NCBI GenBank assembly: GCA_025594325.1
Contig: JANHCV010000002.1
Location: 1,798,001-1,862,000 of the forward strand
DNA length: 64,000 nt
Origin: Blastocladiella emersonii ATCC 22665
Taxonomy: Eukaryota; Fungi; Blastocladiomycota
Direction of reading: 5' to 3'
The translations under genes were made by a program, and so were the position numbers. The notes beneath the pieces were generated by a model, which ran no database searches, had not been told where the DNA came from, and saw only the letters and a program-made list of their open reading frames with translations. This document shows positions 45,627 to 56,284 of this stretch, piece by piece; within the stretch, counting starts at the first letter, position 1, and each line of letters begins with the position of its first letter.

Positions 45627-46157
45627 TCAGGCCAGCCCGGCAGCCCGATCGGGGCCGCGTCCAACTCCGTTGGTCCATGCGATCTGCGAGTTTCCACCAA
45701 ACCGAAGCCCCGAGCAGTGGACCTTGGAGTCGAGCCGACATAAAAGCAGCACATACAGCGCCTGAACGGGCCCGGTGCAGGGGACAACCACGAAGTCATG
45801 AGTGCTCATTAGCCGTTCGCTGATCCATTGCCGACGAACAACAACAGTCTGGTCGCTGACACCAGCGCACGCGCTCGCTGAAGCGCTCGCGTCGGCCGTC
45901 CGCGTGCAGGTGTAACCATCGAAGGCCGAAGAGACAACATTGGTAGGCACGACAAGGAACCTCGCACGTTGAGAGGCGTTGAGGGGCAGCGGTGCGTCGG
46001 TCATGAGAATCTGAACCACGCCATCTGACGGACACTCACAAAGATCGGTGGACATCAGGTCTCGGAGGAGACTAACAAGCACACGCGGGTCGCAAGCAAT
46101 CGGGAGCTGGAAGTCACCGCCATCCGGCGCGCCGAGGTGGACAAGCAGCTGCTCCAC
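45627..46157 (-). CDS. Possible small hypothetical protein
   Basis: 176-aa ORF with globular-looking composition; no motif or splice support. Confidence 0.25.
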   Translation of the reverse strand: MEQLLVHLGAPDGGDFQLPIACDPRVLVSLLRDLMSTDLCECPSDGVVQILMTDAPLPLNASQRARFLVVPTNVVSSAFDGYTCTRTADASASASACAGVSDQTVVVRRQWISERLMSTHDFVVVPCTGPVQALYVLLLCRLDSKVHCSGLRFGGNSQIAWTNGVGRGPDRAAGLA

Positions 46158-46651
46158 AGCTCGGACCGGTCAGCACATTCAGGAGACCATCATTATAATA
46201 TTGCATGAAGTTTCATACTCGTATCACTCAGAGATTGCATGGTGGGGTGGTTCGCAAGGAGCGAGGAGGCGAACGTGCCATCAACATCACTTCGCGTGCG
46301 TGGCGCAACGCGTTTTTGGACGCACGGCTCGTTCGCAAGCTCGAGTCAAGTCCCATGTTGCCCGACGAGCACTTTCTTGTGAACGAAATTTTTCAGACCG
46401 ACCGCGAGACGATGTGAGCGAGAAGGAAACGAGGATCGACAGCCCAGTCAGTCAGCTCGGGTCTCATGTCTCGCAGCGTGCACGTGATTGTTTGACGCGT
46501 GAGCGACGAGTTGAAACCCCGAGCGAAATCAATGAGCTCGTTTCAGGGGCAAGTCAGGAGCAAAACGGGTATACACACATCCGATCGGATATATAATCCG
46601 CACCACCCCTTCCTCCCGTCCCGTCTCTTGCCGATTCAACAAAACATCAAC

Positions 46652-48112
46652 ATGTATCATATTCTACGCTCACGCGTCGTTATCCAGTCGCGCCTGACTC
46701 GTGCGGTGTCGGCTTCGACGACCATGATCCCGCGTCTCGTCGCTGCACGCGCCCGTCCTCTTCTTGGGCCTGCTCGCGCAAATGTTCAGCTTCGCAACGA
46801 CATCACACCTCGCTGGATCACCACCGCGGCCTCGTCTCCAAGCACGGGAATCCCCGACAAACTCGCTGCTCTCACCGAGGCCGTGATCTCAAACCGCCCG
46901 CGCGTTTTCAAACGCGATGCTGAGCAGCTGCTTGAGCGTGGTCTTGATGGCGTGGAGGAGCGTGACCTCTTCAGCCTGATCACCGCCATTCGCACTTTGG
47001 CCCCTTCGTACTTCGAGACTACCGAGGACGCCTGGTGTGCTGGCTTCCAGGATCTAATCGCCCTCGTTGCTCGGCTTCCTCGTCCGCCGTCCGCGGCTCT
47101 TGTCGAACTGTGCCGCGCCGCAGGTCATCGTCAGATTGTAACAGAAGACTCGGTCACGGCTCTACTTGATCTCTACGACTCGGCCGGCCGTCCTGACGAG
47201 GTCGCTCTCATCGTCGTCCAGGCTGCTTGCCAATTTCGCTACAAGGATCCGCGCAGCGAGGAAACCAACCCGGCGCATGTCGCGCGCGCCCAGGCAATCG
47301 CGGATGCCGTTTCGCCTCGTGTTTCGGTGCTGGATGCGCTCCGACTTCGTGCGACTATCGCGGCGGCGCGTGGCGAGCGCGAGGCCGTCGATGCTTTTGT
47401 CGCCGAGGCGGTCGGCGCTGGGCTGATCAAGCATGCGTGGGACGACCCGACGCTGGCCATGGCCCGCCTCAACGCGATTCGCGCGACCGGTGGCGGGTGG
47501 AAAATGTTCGAGTCGCTGCGCGAGATGGCCAAGACGACGCAGCCGCAGCCTGAGCACCTCAACGAGACCATCACCGTGCTGTGTCGCGAGGACTCTCACA
47601 TGAACGCCGAGGACGTACTGCAGCTCGCACCTGGCGTTGGCGAGCCACGCGTCACTTATACGCTGGCGTCCGGGACCATGTATTTCGGCAAGCCAAAGTG
47701 GTCGATTCCGTACTTTTCCTTGATGGCGGAAGCTTCCGACGCTGAGCCTTGGATCGCGTACGAGCACCTTGCGCGCGCCGCCACTTGGTATCCCGACACG
47801 GATCAGGTTGAGCGGCTGCACCAGGAGGTCCTCGAGAAGCGTGATCCGCGCCTGCTCACGGCCACTTACTACGAGAACCTGATTTGCGGTCTTGCCTCGT
47901 GGTGGGAGGACGCTGATGGCTACGATGTCGAAGCAGGGATCGAAAATCCTGCTGTGGTGACCGCTCTCGGGCTCCTCAAGGAAATGGTGGAGCGCGGTCT
48001 CGTCCCGAGCGAGCGCGCGGTCGAGTACATGCTTCAACGTGCGCGTGAAGCTGGTGACGAGGAGGGCGTGCGCTCGATTCATTCAATTCTGGAGAAGCTT
48101 CCGTCGCGCTAA
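46652..48112 (+). CDS. Putative mitochondrial PPR-like protein, family copy B2 (486 aa, intact)
   Basis: Presequence MYHILRSRVVIQSRLTR, block GLIKHAWDDPTL, and YYENLI...ALGLLKEMVERGLVP. Confidence 0.7.
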   Translation: MYHILRSRVVIQSRLTRAVSASTTMIPRLVAARARPLLGPARANVQLRNDITPRWITTAASSPSTGIPDKLAALTEAVISNRPRVFKRDAEQLLERGLDGVEERDLFSLITAIRTLAPSYFETTEDAWCAGFQDLIALVARLPRPPSAALVELCRAAGHRQIVTEDSVTALLDLYDSAGRPDEVALIVVQAACQFRYKDPRSEETNPAHVARAQAIADAVSPRVSVLDALRLRATIAAARGEREAVDAFVAEAVGAGLIKHAWDDPTLAMARLNAIRATGGGWKMFESLREMAKTTQPQPEHLNETITVLCREDSHMNAEDVLQLAPGVGEPRVTYTLASGTMYFGKPKWSIPYFSLMAEASDAEPWIAYEHLARAATWYPDTDQVERLHQEVLEKRDPRLLTATYYENLICGLASWWEDADGYDVEAGIENPAVVTALGLLKEMVERGLVPSERAVEYMLQRAREAGDEEGVRSIHSILEKLPSR

Positions 48113-48282
48113 GTATGTTGGTTAGGGCTTGACCATTACCCTTTGAATACAAAACTTTCTTGTTCCCAACGACCAGTCAGGTTGTCAGGGGTAGCCGACA
48201 TGCTTGAACACGATCCTACAAATGACTTGGCAGCTGCGGCTCTGGTTCTGGCTCCCTACTCTCAGTCTCAGCACACAGCAAC

Positions 48283-48696
48283 ATGTATCACATCGTTCGC
48301 AATGCCCGTTTCGCTCGCCCGGTCATTCGTGCCCAGCTCACGCGCTTGAGTCTGCCGGCCGTTGCCCGCGCTGCCCACCGGCTCACTTCGGGCCTGCCGT
48401 CTCTCCCAACTCCAGCACTCGGCTCAAACCTCTCCACTTTTCGGACCAATGAGACAACGGCGCTCGGTGGCGTAAAACTGGGTGACAACGTCTTCCAAAA
48501 CCCGGAACCGGACAACGGGGACGCGGAGTGGCAGCAGGGCATCGTGACGAAGGCAGTCGTTGCGTTCAAAGAGATGGTCGCTCTTGGCATCGAGCCCGAG
48601 GAGCATCTGCTCAAGCTTTTCGTGGAGACCGGCGCAGAGAACGGCTACCCTGAGTTGGTCGAGACGGTTGAGCTCTATCGCGCGAACCGCAAGTGA
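48283..48696 (+). CDS. Miniature PPR-like family member (137 aa): presequence plus terminal repeat only
   Basis: The N-terminus MYHIVRNARFARPVIRAQLTRLSLPAVA matches copy A2, and the C-terminus AVVAFKEMVALGIEP...ELVETVELYRA matches family C-termini. The frame is open throughout. Confidence 0.55.
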   Translation: MYHIVRNARFARPVIRAQLTRLSLPAVARAAHRLTSGLPSLPTPALGSNLSTFRTNETTALGGVKLGDNVFQNPEPDNGDAEWQQGIVTKAVVAFKEMVALGIEPEEHLLKLFVETGAENGYPELVETVELYRANRK

Positions 48697-49013
48697 TGCG
48701 ACCGTGTTGAATGATGGTCCCGAATCGTTGCAGCGTAGTCGTGGCTCGACAGTAAACGCAGCGTAGTCCCCCTTCTGCTGTAAAAGCAAAATTACATGGA
48801 GCTTTTTCAAAAAGCGCACACGATGTGGACGCGCCGGAGAAACGCGAGACGTTGACGCTACGTGAGACGTGAGGTGCGAGACGCGTCGTTGTCAGGTGTT
48901 CCGCCATCTCACGCGTTTCGCCGCCCCTGCTTTCGCTCGTCGACGTCGCCGCGCCACTTTTTCTCTCCTGCTCTCGACCTTTAGGAACGAGTGCGCTAGA
49001 CCTACTGAAACCG

Positions 49014-52000
49014 ATGGATTTCGCTGCAGCGGCCAAGGCTGCACGGTCCAAGCTCGTCGTCTGCAACACGGGCTGGGCCGTGTGGGACGACGAGGGATAC
49101 CCGGCCGCCTGCTTCGTCGACGTGTATGCCGCACCCGCCTATGGCACCTCGTGTAACACTGCCTCTAACATTTGTCCGGTTTTGTAGGTGGCTACCGCTT
49201 CTACTGCTCGCCGGCGTGTTCCTCGGGATCCCGATCCGCGTCGCGTGGCTGCACCTCGCACGGCCGAGCGGCGGCTACGCGGCGGTCCCAACCGAAGACG
49301 AAGATGTGTCTCCCCCGACTGCAGCTACGGGATCGCCGGGCAACTCGCCAACGGGGGCGACGGTCGGGTCCGTGGCTGATCTCGGGGCTCCCTCGCTCGA
49401 CTCGTTCTGGCCCGACATCCAGTCGACTATCGCGTTCTGCGGCGTCATCAACTTTGTCGTCCGCTTCATCGGTGCCGTCCGCGGCGACTCGCCGGCGCAG
49501 GATGCTGTGCTCTCGGCGCTCGTCTACCTCTTCGCATGGGTACGTCATCCACACTCTCTCGCGTGGTCGCAGCTAACTCGACCTCCCCGATGCGTAGACG
49601 CCGTACCTGACGGTCCGGGCGCTCGGCCACCGGCAGCAGACGGCGCTCTTCGTGTTCAGCTCGTTCAACGCGGTCGCCGCCATCTTCAAGTTCGAGTCGC
49701 TGCGCGACCTCGACAAGGGCGCGCTCGAGATCGACGACGCGACGGCGATCGGCCACCTCGTCATCTCGATCCTCCTGTTCGCGTCGTGGGCGCTCGGCTC
49801 GCTGCAGGACCTCAACGAGCGGCAGGAGCGCGAGAGCTACCGCGAGGCGGCCACCTCGACGTCGCGCCCTCTGCCGACCCTCGAGACGCGCGTCAGCTGG
49901 TTCGAGCAGTGGACCTTCTCGTGGGTCACGCCCATGGTCCTTCTCGGGATGCGCCGGCCGCTCGACTCGCGCGACGTGTGGGACCTGAACCCGCGCGACC
50001 GCGCGCTCGTCGCGTACCGCATGTTCCTCGCCCACGCTGGCCCGCAGGGGACGCGTGTCGCGCGCGCCATCTACCTGTCGGTGCGCCACCTGCTCGCGCT
50101 GCAGATGCTCATGGGCGTCGTGTCCGGGTTCCTCACGTTCACGGGCCCGTTCTTCCTCAACCGGATCGTGCGGTTCATCGAGTCGGGCGCGACGGACCGC
50201 GAGTCGCGCGGGGTGCTGTGGCTGTACCTGCTCGGCCTGTTCCTCGGCACGCTGTTCCGCGCCATGTCGGACGGGCGCGCCTACTTCTACGGCCGCCGCA
50301 TGGGCGTCCGGATCAAGTCGGCGCTCATCGCACACATCTACTCCAAGGTGTTGCGGCGACGCCTCGACGGCGCCTCGGCCACGGTCGGTGAGACCCAGAC
50401 GCTCTTCTCGGTCGACGTCAGCAAGCTGTCCGAGTACGTGGCCTATATGCAGGGCCTGATCGAGACCCCGGTAGCGCTCGTCATCTCGCTCGCCTCGCTG
50501 TACACGCTGCTCGGATGGAGCGCCCTCTGCGGCGTCGCCGCCATGATTGGTACGATCTCCGCGCTTACATCGAGGTTCCGAACTCACCACGTTCACGTCA
50601 CCTAGTGTTCCTCCCAATCCAGTCGTACACGGCGCGCAAGATCCGCGACCGCCAGCGCGAGCTCATGAAGACGACCGACGAGCGCATCTCGCTCATCAAC
50701 GAGCTGCTCCAAGGGATTCGGGTGTACGTGTTCGCCGCCTATCACCACAACCTCGCTAACTGACGCCGTTCGGACAACTGTAGCATCAAGCTGTGCCACT
50801 ACGAGCCCAAGCTCAAGGAGAAGCTGACGGGGGCGCGCGAGACCGAGCTCAGCGCGCTGCTGCGGTTCAACTACTTTCTCGCCTTCGTGCAGGTCATCTT
50901 CCGGTCGCTGCCCATCGTTGTCTCGTTCGTGACGTTCGCGAGCTACGCGCAGCTGCAGGGCGGCGTGCTCGACGCGACCAAGGTCTTCACCGCGCTCTCG
51001 CTGTTCACGACGCTCAAGGGCCCGCTGTACGACCTGCCGCACCAGATCGTCAAGTACCTCGAGGTCCGCGTCAGTCTCGACCGCGTAATGAAGCTGTTGC
51101 GCGAGGAGGACCTCGAGCCGCTCCCGCCACCCTCCGCGGCCGACCGCAGCGCGCCCGAGGTCGGGTTTACGGGCGACGCGACGTTCGGCTGGTCGAGCGG
51201 CGAGATCCCGGACGCCTCGGCCGAAGGCGTCGCTGGCGCGCCGTTCCACCTGCGCGACCTCAACATCCGGTTCAAGACGGGCGGGCTCAACGTCGTCGTA
51301 GGCCAAGTAGGCTCGGGAAAGAGCTCCCTACTCGTCGCGCTGCTGGGCGAGATGTACACGAAGCAGGGCCGCGCGCACCGGCCCGAGACGGTCGCGTACG
51401 TGGCGCAGACGGCGTGGCTGCAGTCCATGTCGATCCGCGAGAACATCACGTTCAGCTCGGGTCCGGGGACGGGCGCCAACTCGCGGACCGTGGTGGACGC
51501 GGACCGGTACCACCGGGTCGTGGCCGACTGTGCGCTCGAGCGCGACCTCGCCATCTTCGACCACGGCGACGCGACGCAGATCGGGTCGCGCGGCGTCATG
51601 CTGTCGGGCGGCACGCGCCAGCGCATCGCCCTCGCGCGCGCGTGCTACTACGCGCTCGGCGCCGACGACCACTGCCCGGTTTTGGCCGACTCCGTGCTCA
51701 GCGCCGTCGATAGCCCGACCGCCCTGCACATCTTCAACGCGTGTATCCTCGGGTCGCTCGCGGGCCGTACGCGCGTCCTGGTCACGCACGCCGCCGGACT
51801 CGTCCTCCCGCACGCCGACCATATCGTGGTCATGGACGCCGGCCGTGTCGCCGCCCAGGGCACGCTCGCCGAGTGCCGCGCTGCTCTCGCCGACCGCCCC
51901 GCGCTGCTCAAGCTCCTTGACACGAGCGATGCCGACGGGGAGTCGGGATCGGCCGCGGCGGGGGCCTCGCTGGTGCGTCCCGAGTCGCCCAGCGGCAAGT

Positions 52001-53964
52001 CGGCCAAGTCGGCGTCGCTCGGCGTCGCCACCACCACGTCGTCGGCCGCGCCCGGGATCGAGGAGGAGGAGAAGCGCACGGGCAGCGTGCCGTGGAGCGT
52101 GTACAAGATCTATCTCGTGGCGTCGGGCGGGCTCGCGTTCTGGGCGGGCGTGGTCGTGCTGCAGCTCGCGGTGCACTCGATGATGGTCGCGTCCGACAAC
52201 GTGCTGCGTCTGTGGGCGCGGACGCCCGTCGAGACGGGGTACCTGTTCGGCTACGCCATGTGCGGGATCGGCCAGCTGGTCATGGCCTTCTCGTTCACCA
52301 TGTTCGAGTTCTTCGGGTCGATGCGCGCCAGCCGCACCATGCACGACGCGCTCGTCAACGCGGTGCTGCGCGCGCCCATCACCACCTTCTTCGACAAGGT
52401 GCCGGCGGGCCGCGTCGTCAACCGGTTCAGCAAGGATATCCAGGAGATTGACCGCGAGGTGTGCGGCACCATCTCCTGGTTCCTGATCGTCGCCTTCGAC
52501 CTCGTCACGGCGATCGCCCTCATCGCGTACGTGGCGCCGGCGTTCCTGCTGTTCCTGCCGCCCGTCGCGTGGATGTACTGGGAGGTGGCGCGCCGGTACC
52601 TGCAGTCGTCGCGCGAGCTCAAGCGGCTCGAGGCGACGACCAAGTCGCCCATCTACTCGGCCTTCTCGGAGACGCTCAACGGCGTGCCCACGATCCGCGC
52701 CTTCGGCCGTGTGCCTCGGTTCCTGGCCGACATGTTCGCGCGGGTCGACGCGCACCACCGTCCGTGGTTCTACCTGTGGATGCTGAACCGGTGGCTCGGC
52801 GTGCGGACGCAGGCGCTCGACGCGACCGTGCTGCTGGCGTCGGCGGTCGCGCTCGTGGTCGCGCTGCAGCTCGGCGCCATCGACGCCGGGTGGGCCGGGA
52901 TTGCGCTCACGTACGCGCTCGGGTTCTGCGACTCGGTGCTGTGGATCACGCGCATCCACGCAGCTGTCGAGATGGGCATGAACGCCGTCGAGCGCGTCTT
53001 CGACATGTCCCGGATCCCGTCCGAGGCCGCCCTCGTCACGAGCACGCGGCCGCCGGCCAACTGGCCCGCGCGCGGCGAGATCGTCGCTGACAACGTGTGC
53101 CTCCAGTACCCCGGCAGCGAGCGACTCGTTCTCGACCACGTCTCGTTCACGGTGCCCGCCGGGTCGCGCGTGGGTATCGTCGGGCGGTATGATTACTTTT
53201 GTGCGACTGAGCCGCGGCCCGATCACTAACGTGAACAATCTGTCCAGTACTGGCGCGGGCAAAAGCTCCCTGACCCTCGCCCTGTTCCGCATCGTCGAGC
53301 TGCTTCGCGGTCGCATCACGATCGACGGCGTCGACACGTCTCGCCTCGGCCTAGCCGACCTGCGCTCGCGGCTGACCATCATCCCGCAGGACTCGTGGCT
53401 GCTGCAGGGCACGCTGCGCAGCAACCTCGACCTCTTCAGCGAGTACTCGGACGCGGAGCTGCACGCGGTGCTGCAGCGCGTGTACTTCCCCGGGTCCGTG
53501 TCGCTCGACACGCCCGTGGCCGAGGCCGCCGCGTCGCTGTCGGTCGGCCAGCGCCAGCTCGTGGCGCTCGCGCGCGCGCTGCTCCGCCGCGCGAAAATCG
53601 TCGTCCTCGATGAATCGACGGCGAATTTGGACGGCGGGACCGACGAGGCGATCCAGCGCGCGCTCCGCGGAGAGTTTAAGGGGTCCACGGTGCTTACGAT
53701 CGCGCACCGGCTCAAGACGATTGTCGATTTTGACAAGTACGCTGCCTCGTTCTACGCGTTTTTCGGGACCGCGACTGACTCCCTGCGTCCGTGTGCGTGT
53801 TTAGGATCCTCATCTTCGACCAGGGCCGCGTAGTCGAGAGCGGGACGCCGCGCGAGCTCATGGCCAAGGCCGAGTCGGACGCGACGGCCGTGTTCCGCAA
53901 GATGTGCGTCGAGTCGGGCGACTGGGAGTACCTGTGGGAGAACGCGGCGCCCAAGGAGTCGTGA
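49014..53964 (+). CDS. ABCC/MRP-type full ABC transporter, multi-exon
   Basis: TFSWVTPMV, NBD1 GQVGSGKSS/LSGGTRQRIALARA, FFDKVPAGRVVNRFSKD, TKSPIYSAFSETLNG, and NBD2 GR-TGAGKSS/LSVGQRQL/VLDESTA/IAHRL. Confidence 0.93.
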
Positions 53965-54019
53965 GCAAGGATGACAAGTGGACTAGATATATAACTTTGC
54001 ATATTTTTTCTATAATTGA

Positions 54020-55937
54020 TTACATGATGGTACACCACCCGTCGCTCTTCTTCTTACGCGGGACCGTGGGCGTGATCTTGTCAGACCAATAACTCTCGCC
54101 GCGCTCGAGCTTCTCGAGCTCCCTGCGCGCGAGGGCGCCGAACTCGCCCGACGCCTTGGCGCACTTCTCAAAGTGCTTCTTGGCGAGCTTGGTGTCGCCG
54201 CGCGCGCCCGCGAGCAGGCCGAGGTTGAAGGTGCTCGGCAGGTACCCGTGCGAGTCAGCGAGGTTGAACCAGGTGATGGCGAGGTCGCGGTTCGGCTTGA
54301 CGCCGCCCTTGTACCCGTTGAGGTACATGAAGGCAAGGTTGTGCTGGGCCTCGATGATCCCGGCCTCGGCCGCCTTGCGCGTGTGCGCGACCACGACATG
54401 GCCGGGTTCGTCCTGCGCCTTGGCCAGCATCGCCAGGTAGTAGTCGCCGCGGGGCTCGCCGCGCGACGATGCCTCGGTCAGGTGCTGCTTGGCGGCGGCG
54501 TAGTCGTTCTGCTTCATCAGCAGGCGGCCTATGAACGGAGCCGAGGGTGAGCGACGTCGTCGTGAGGGACAGGCAGAGGTGAGAAGGCGTACCAGCCTCG
54601 ACGAACCCGACGAGATTGCCGTTCTTCCCCGAGGTGACGAACAGCTCGACGGCCTTCTTGTACTCCTCGCGCTGGACGTAGATGGCGCCGAGGCGCATCT
54701 GGGCGTGCGGGTGGCCCTTGGCGGACAGCGCGACGAAGAGTTCCTCGGCCTCCTTGCGTTTCTTGGGCGACTTTTCTGTAAAGCGGAACGAGACAGTGCG
54801 GTCAGATCAGGTCGCAATTGGTGAGGTGAAACGCAAGTACCCTTGAGGTAAAGGCACGCGACGGCGAACTCGGCGTTATAGTCGCCCATGGCGCGGGCGA
54901 GCTCGTAGAGGAAGTAGGCCCGCTGGATGTTGAGCGGGTGCGCGGCGTGGAGGACCTGGGCGACGAGGGCCCACTGGCGGAAGTCGCGGCACGCTGTAGG
55001 GGCGATACGATTGCTGTGAGCTGAGGTTATCGGACCGTAGAGCGAGGAATGCGTACCACTACGGAGCTTGGTGGCCGTCATCAGCATGCCGCCGGGCCCG
55101 AGCTCCTCGACCGTCTCGGCCGTGTTGCGGCCGTCGAGCGCCGGGTCGACGACGTCGAGCATGCGCTGGATGGTGCGGGCGTCGACGTCGAGCTTGGGCG
55201 CGGGGCGCAGCTTCCACTGGCGGATGAGCTCCTTGGACGGGAAGAGCTCTACACACACGTACGCGCATGAGTTAGAACGTACTGTCGCACGAATCGGTCA
55301 CTCAAGGCGCACCGTCAGCTGACACGTTCACCATCCGCACGGGCGCGTCCAGCGGCGGCAGCTCGTCGTCCTCGAGCGAAAGGGGTTTCGTCGCCCGGAC
55401 GGGCGGCTTCGCCTTGCCCTTGGCGCCGGCCTTGGCCTTGCCGACGGGGGCCGACTTGTCGAGGAGGCTGGACGGATCAGGCCGCTCCGTGTAGATGATG
55501 GTGGGATTGACCATCAAGCCGTTCTGGTGGTGCTCGACGATCGTATGGGCAACGATAGAGACGACGGTCTCGCGATCAGCATCCGGATGGTCCTTCTGGA
55601 TCGATTCGTGGAGGCGATCGACGAACTCGTCCGAGAGATTGCGGACGATGAGGAAGTCGGGTACCTCCTCCTTTTCCTCCTCGGGCGCCAGCTCGGCCTC
55701 GCCCTCGGATGCAGGCTTCGACTCAGGATCCTGCACGGGCTCGGGCAGTTTGGTCCGATCCTGGTTCTCCTTCTTGAGGTGCGCGTTGGGCAGCGGCGAC
55801 GGGCCGGGCCGCGGGTTCGGGTTCGGGGTCGCCTTGGTCGCGAGCGGCCGGCTCAGCTGCTGCGCCACAGCGGGCCGCGCGGCAGCAGCAGTGGCCGCAG
55901 CGGCGGCGCGGTGGCCGGCGAGGGCGGAGCGATGCAT
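54020..55937 (-). CDS. Sel1-like repeat protein with a presequence-like N-terminus and C-terminal CAAX box, multi-exon
   Basis: Repeats GDYNAEFAVACLY, GHPHAQMRLGAIY, GIIEAQHNLAFMYLNG and GYLPSTFNLG; ends RKKKSDGWCTIM*. ORF 55302-55997 splices in frame into ELFPSKELIRQW. Confidence 0.78.
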
Positions 55938-56284
55938 GGTATGGTGTGTGCGTGTGCGTGCGTCAAAGGGGAGAGAGGGAGGGAGAACGGCAGGCAAGCT
56001 TCACGGGCCCAACAGCTCACGGGCACGTGCCTCAGGCGCCGAAGCAGGTCGACGCGGGGAGCACGTGGGCGCGGGTGACGCGCCAAACGCGCCGCCCATC
56101 GCCAGGGGGCCCATCGCCGCACCGCCGCATCGCCACATGGCTCGGCGTCGGCTCCTTCCAACCTCACAAACCAGTCGTCCCCACGTAGCCCATGCATCGG
56201 TAGCACTCGCACGCACGCCCGACCTCTCTCCCGCTCTCGCGCCCTGCCCGACCGCCCGCACGATCGCCCGCTGCGCCCACTGCC

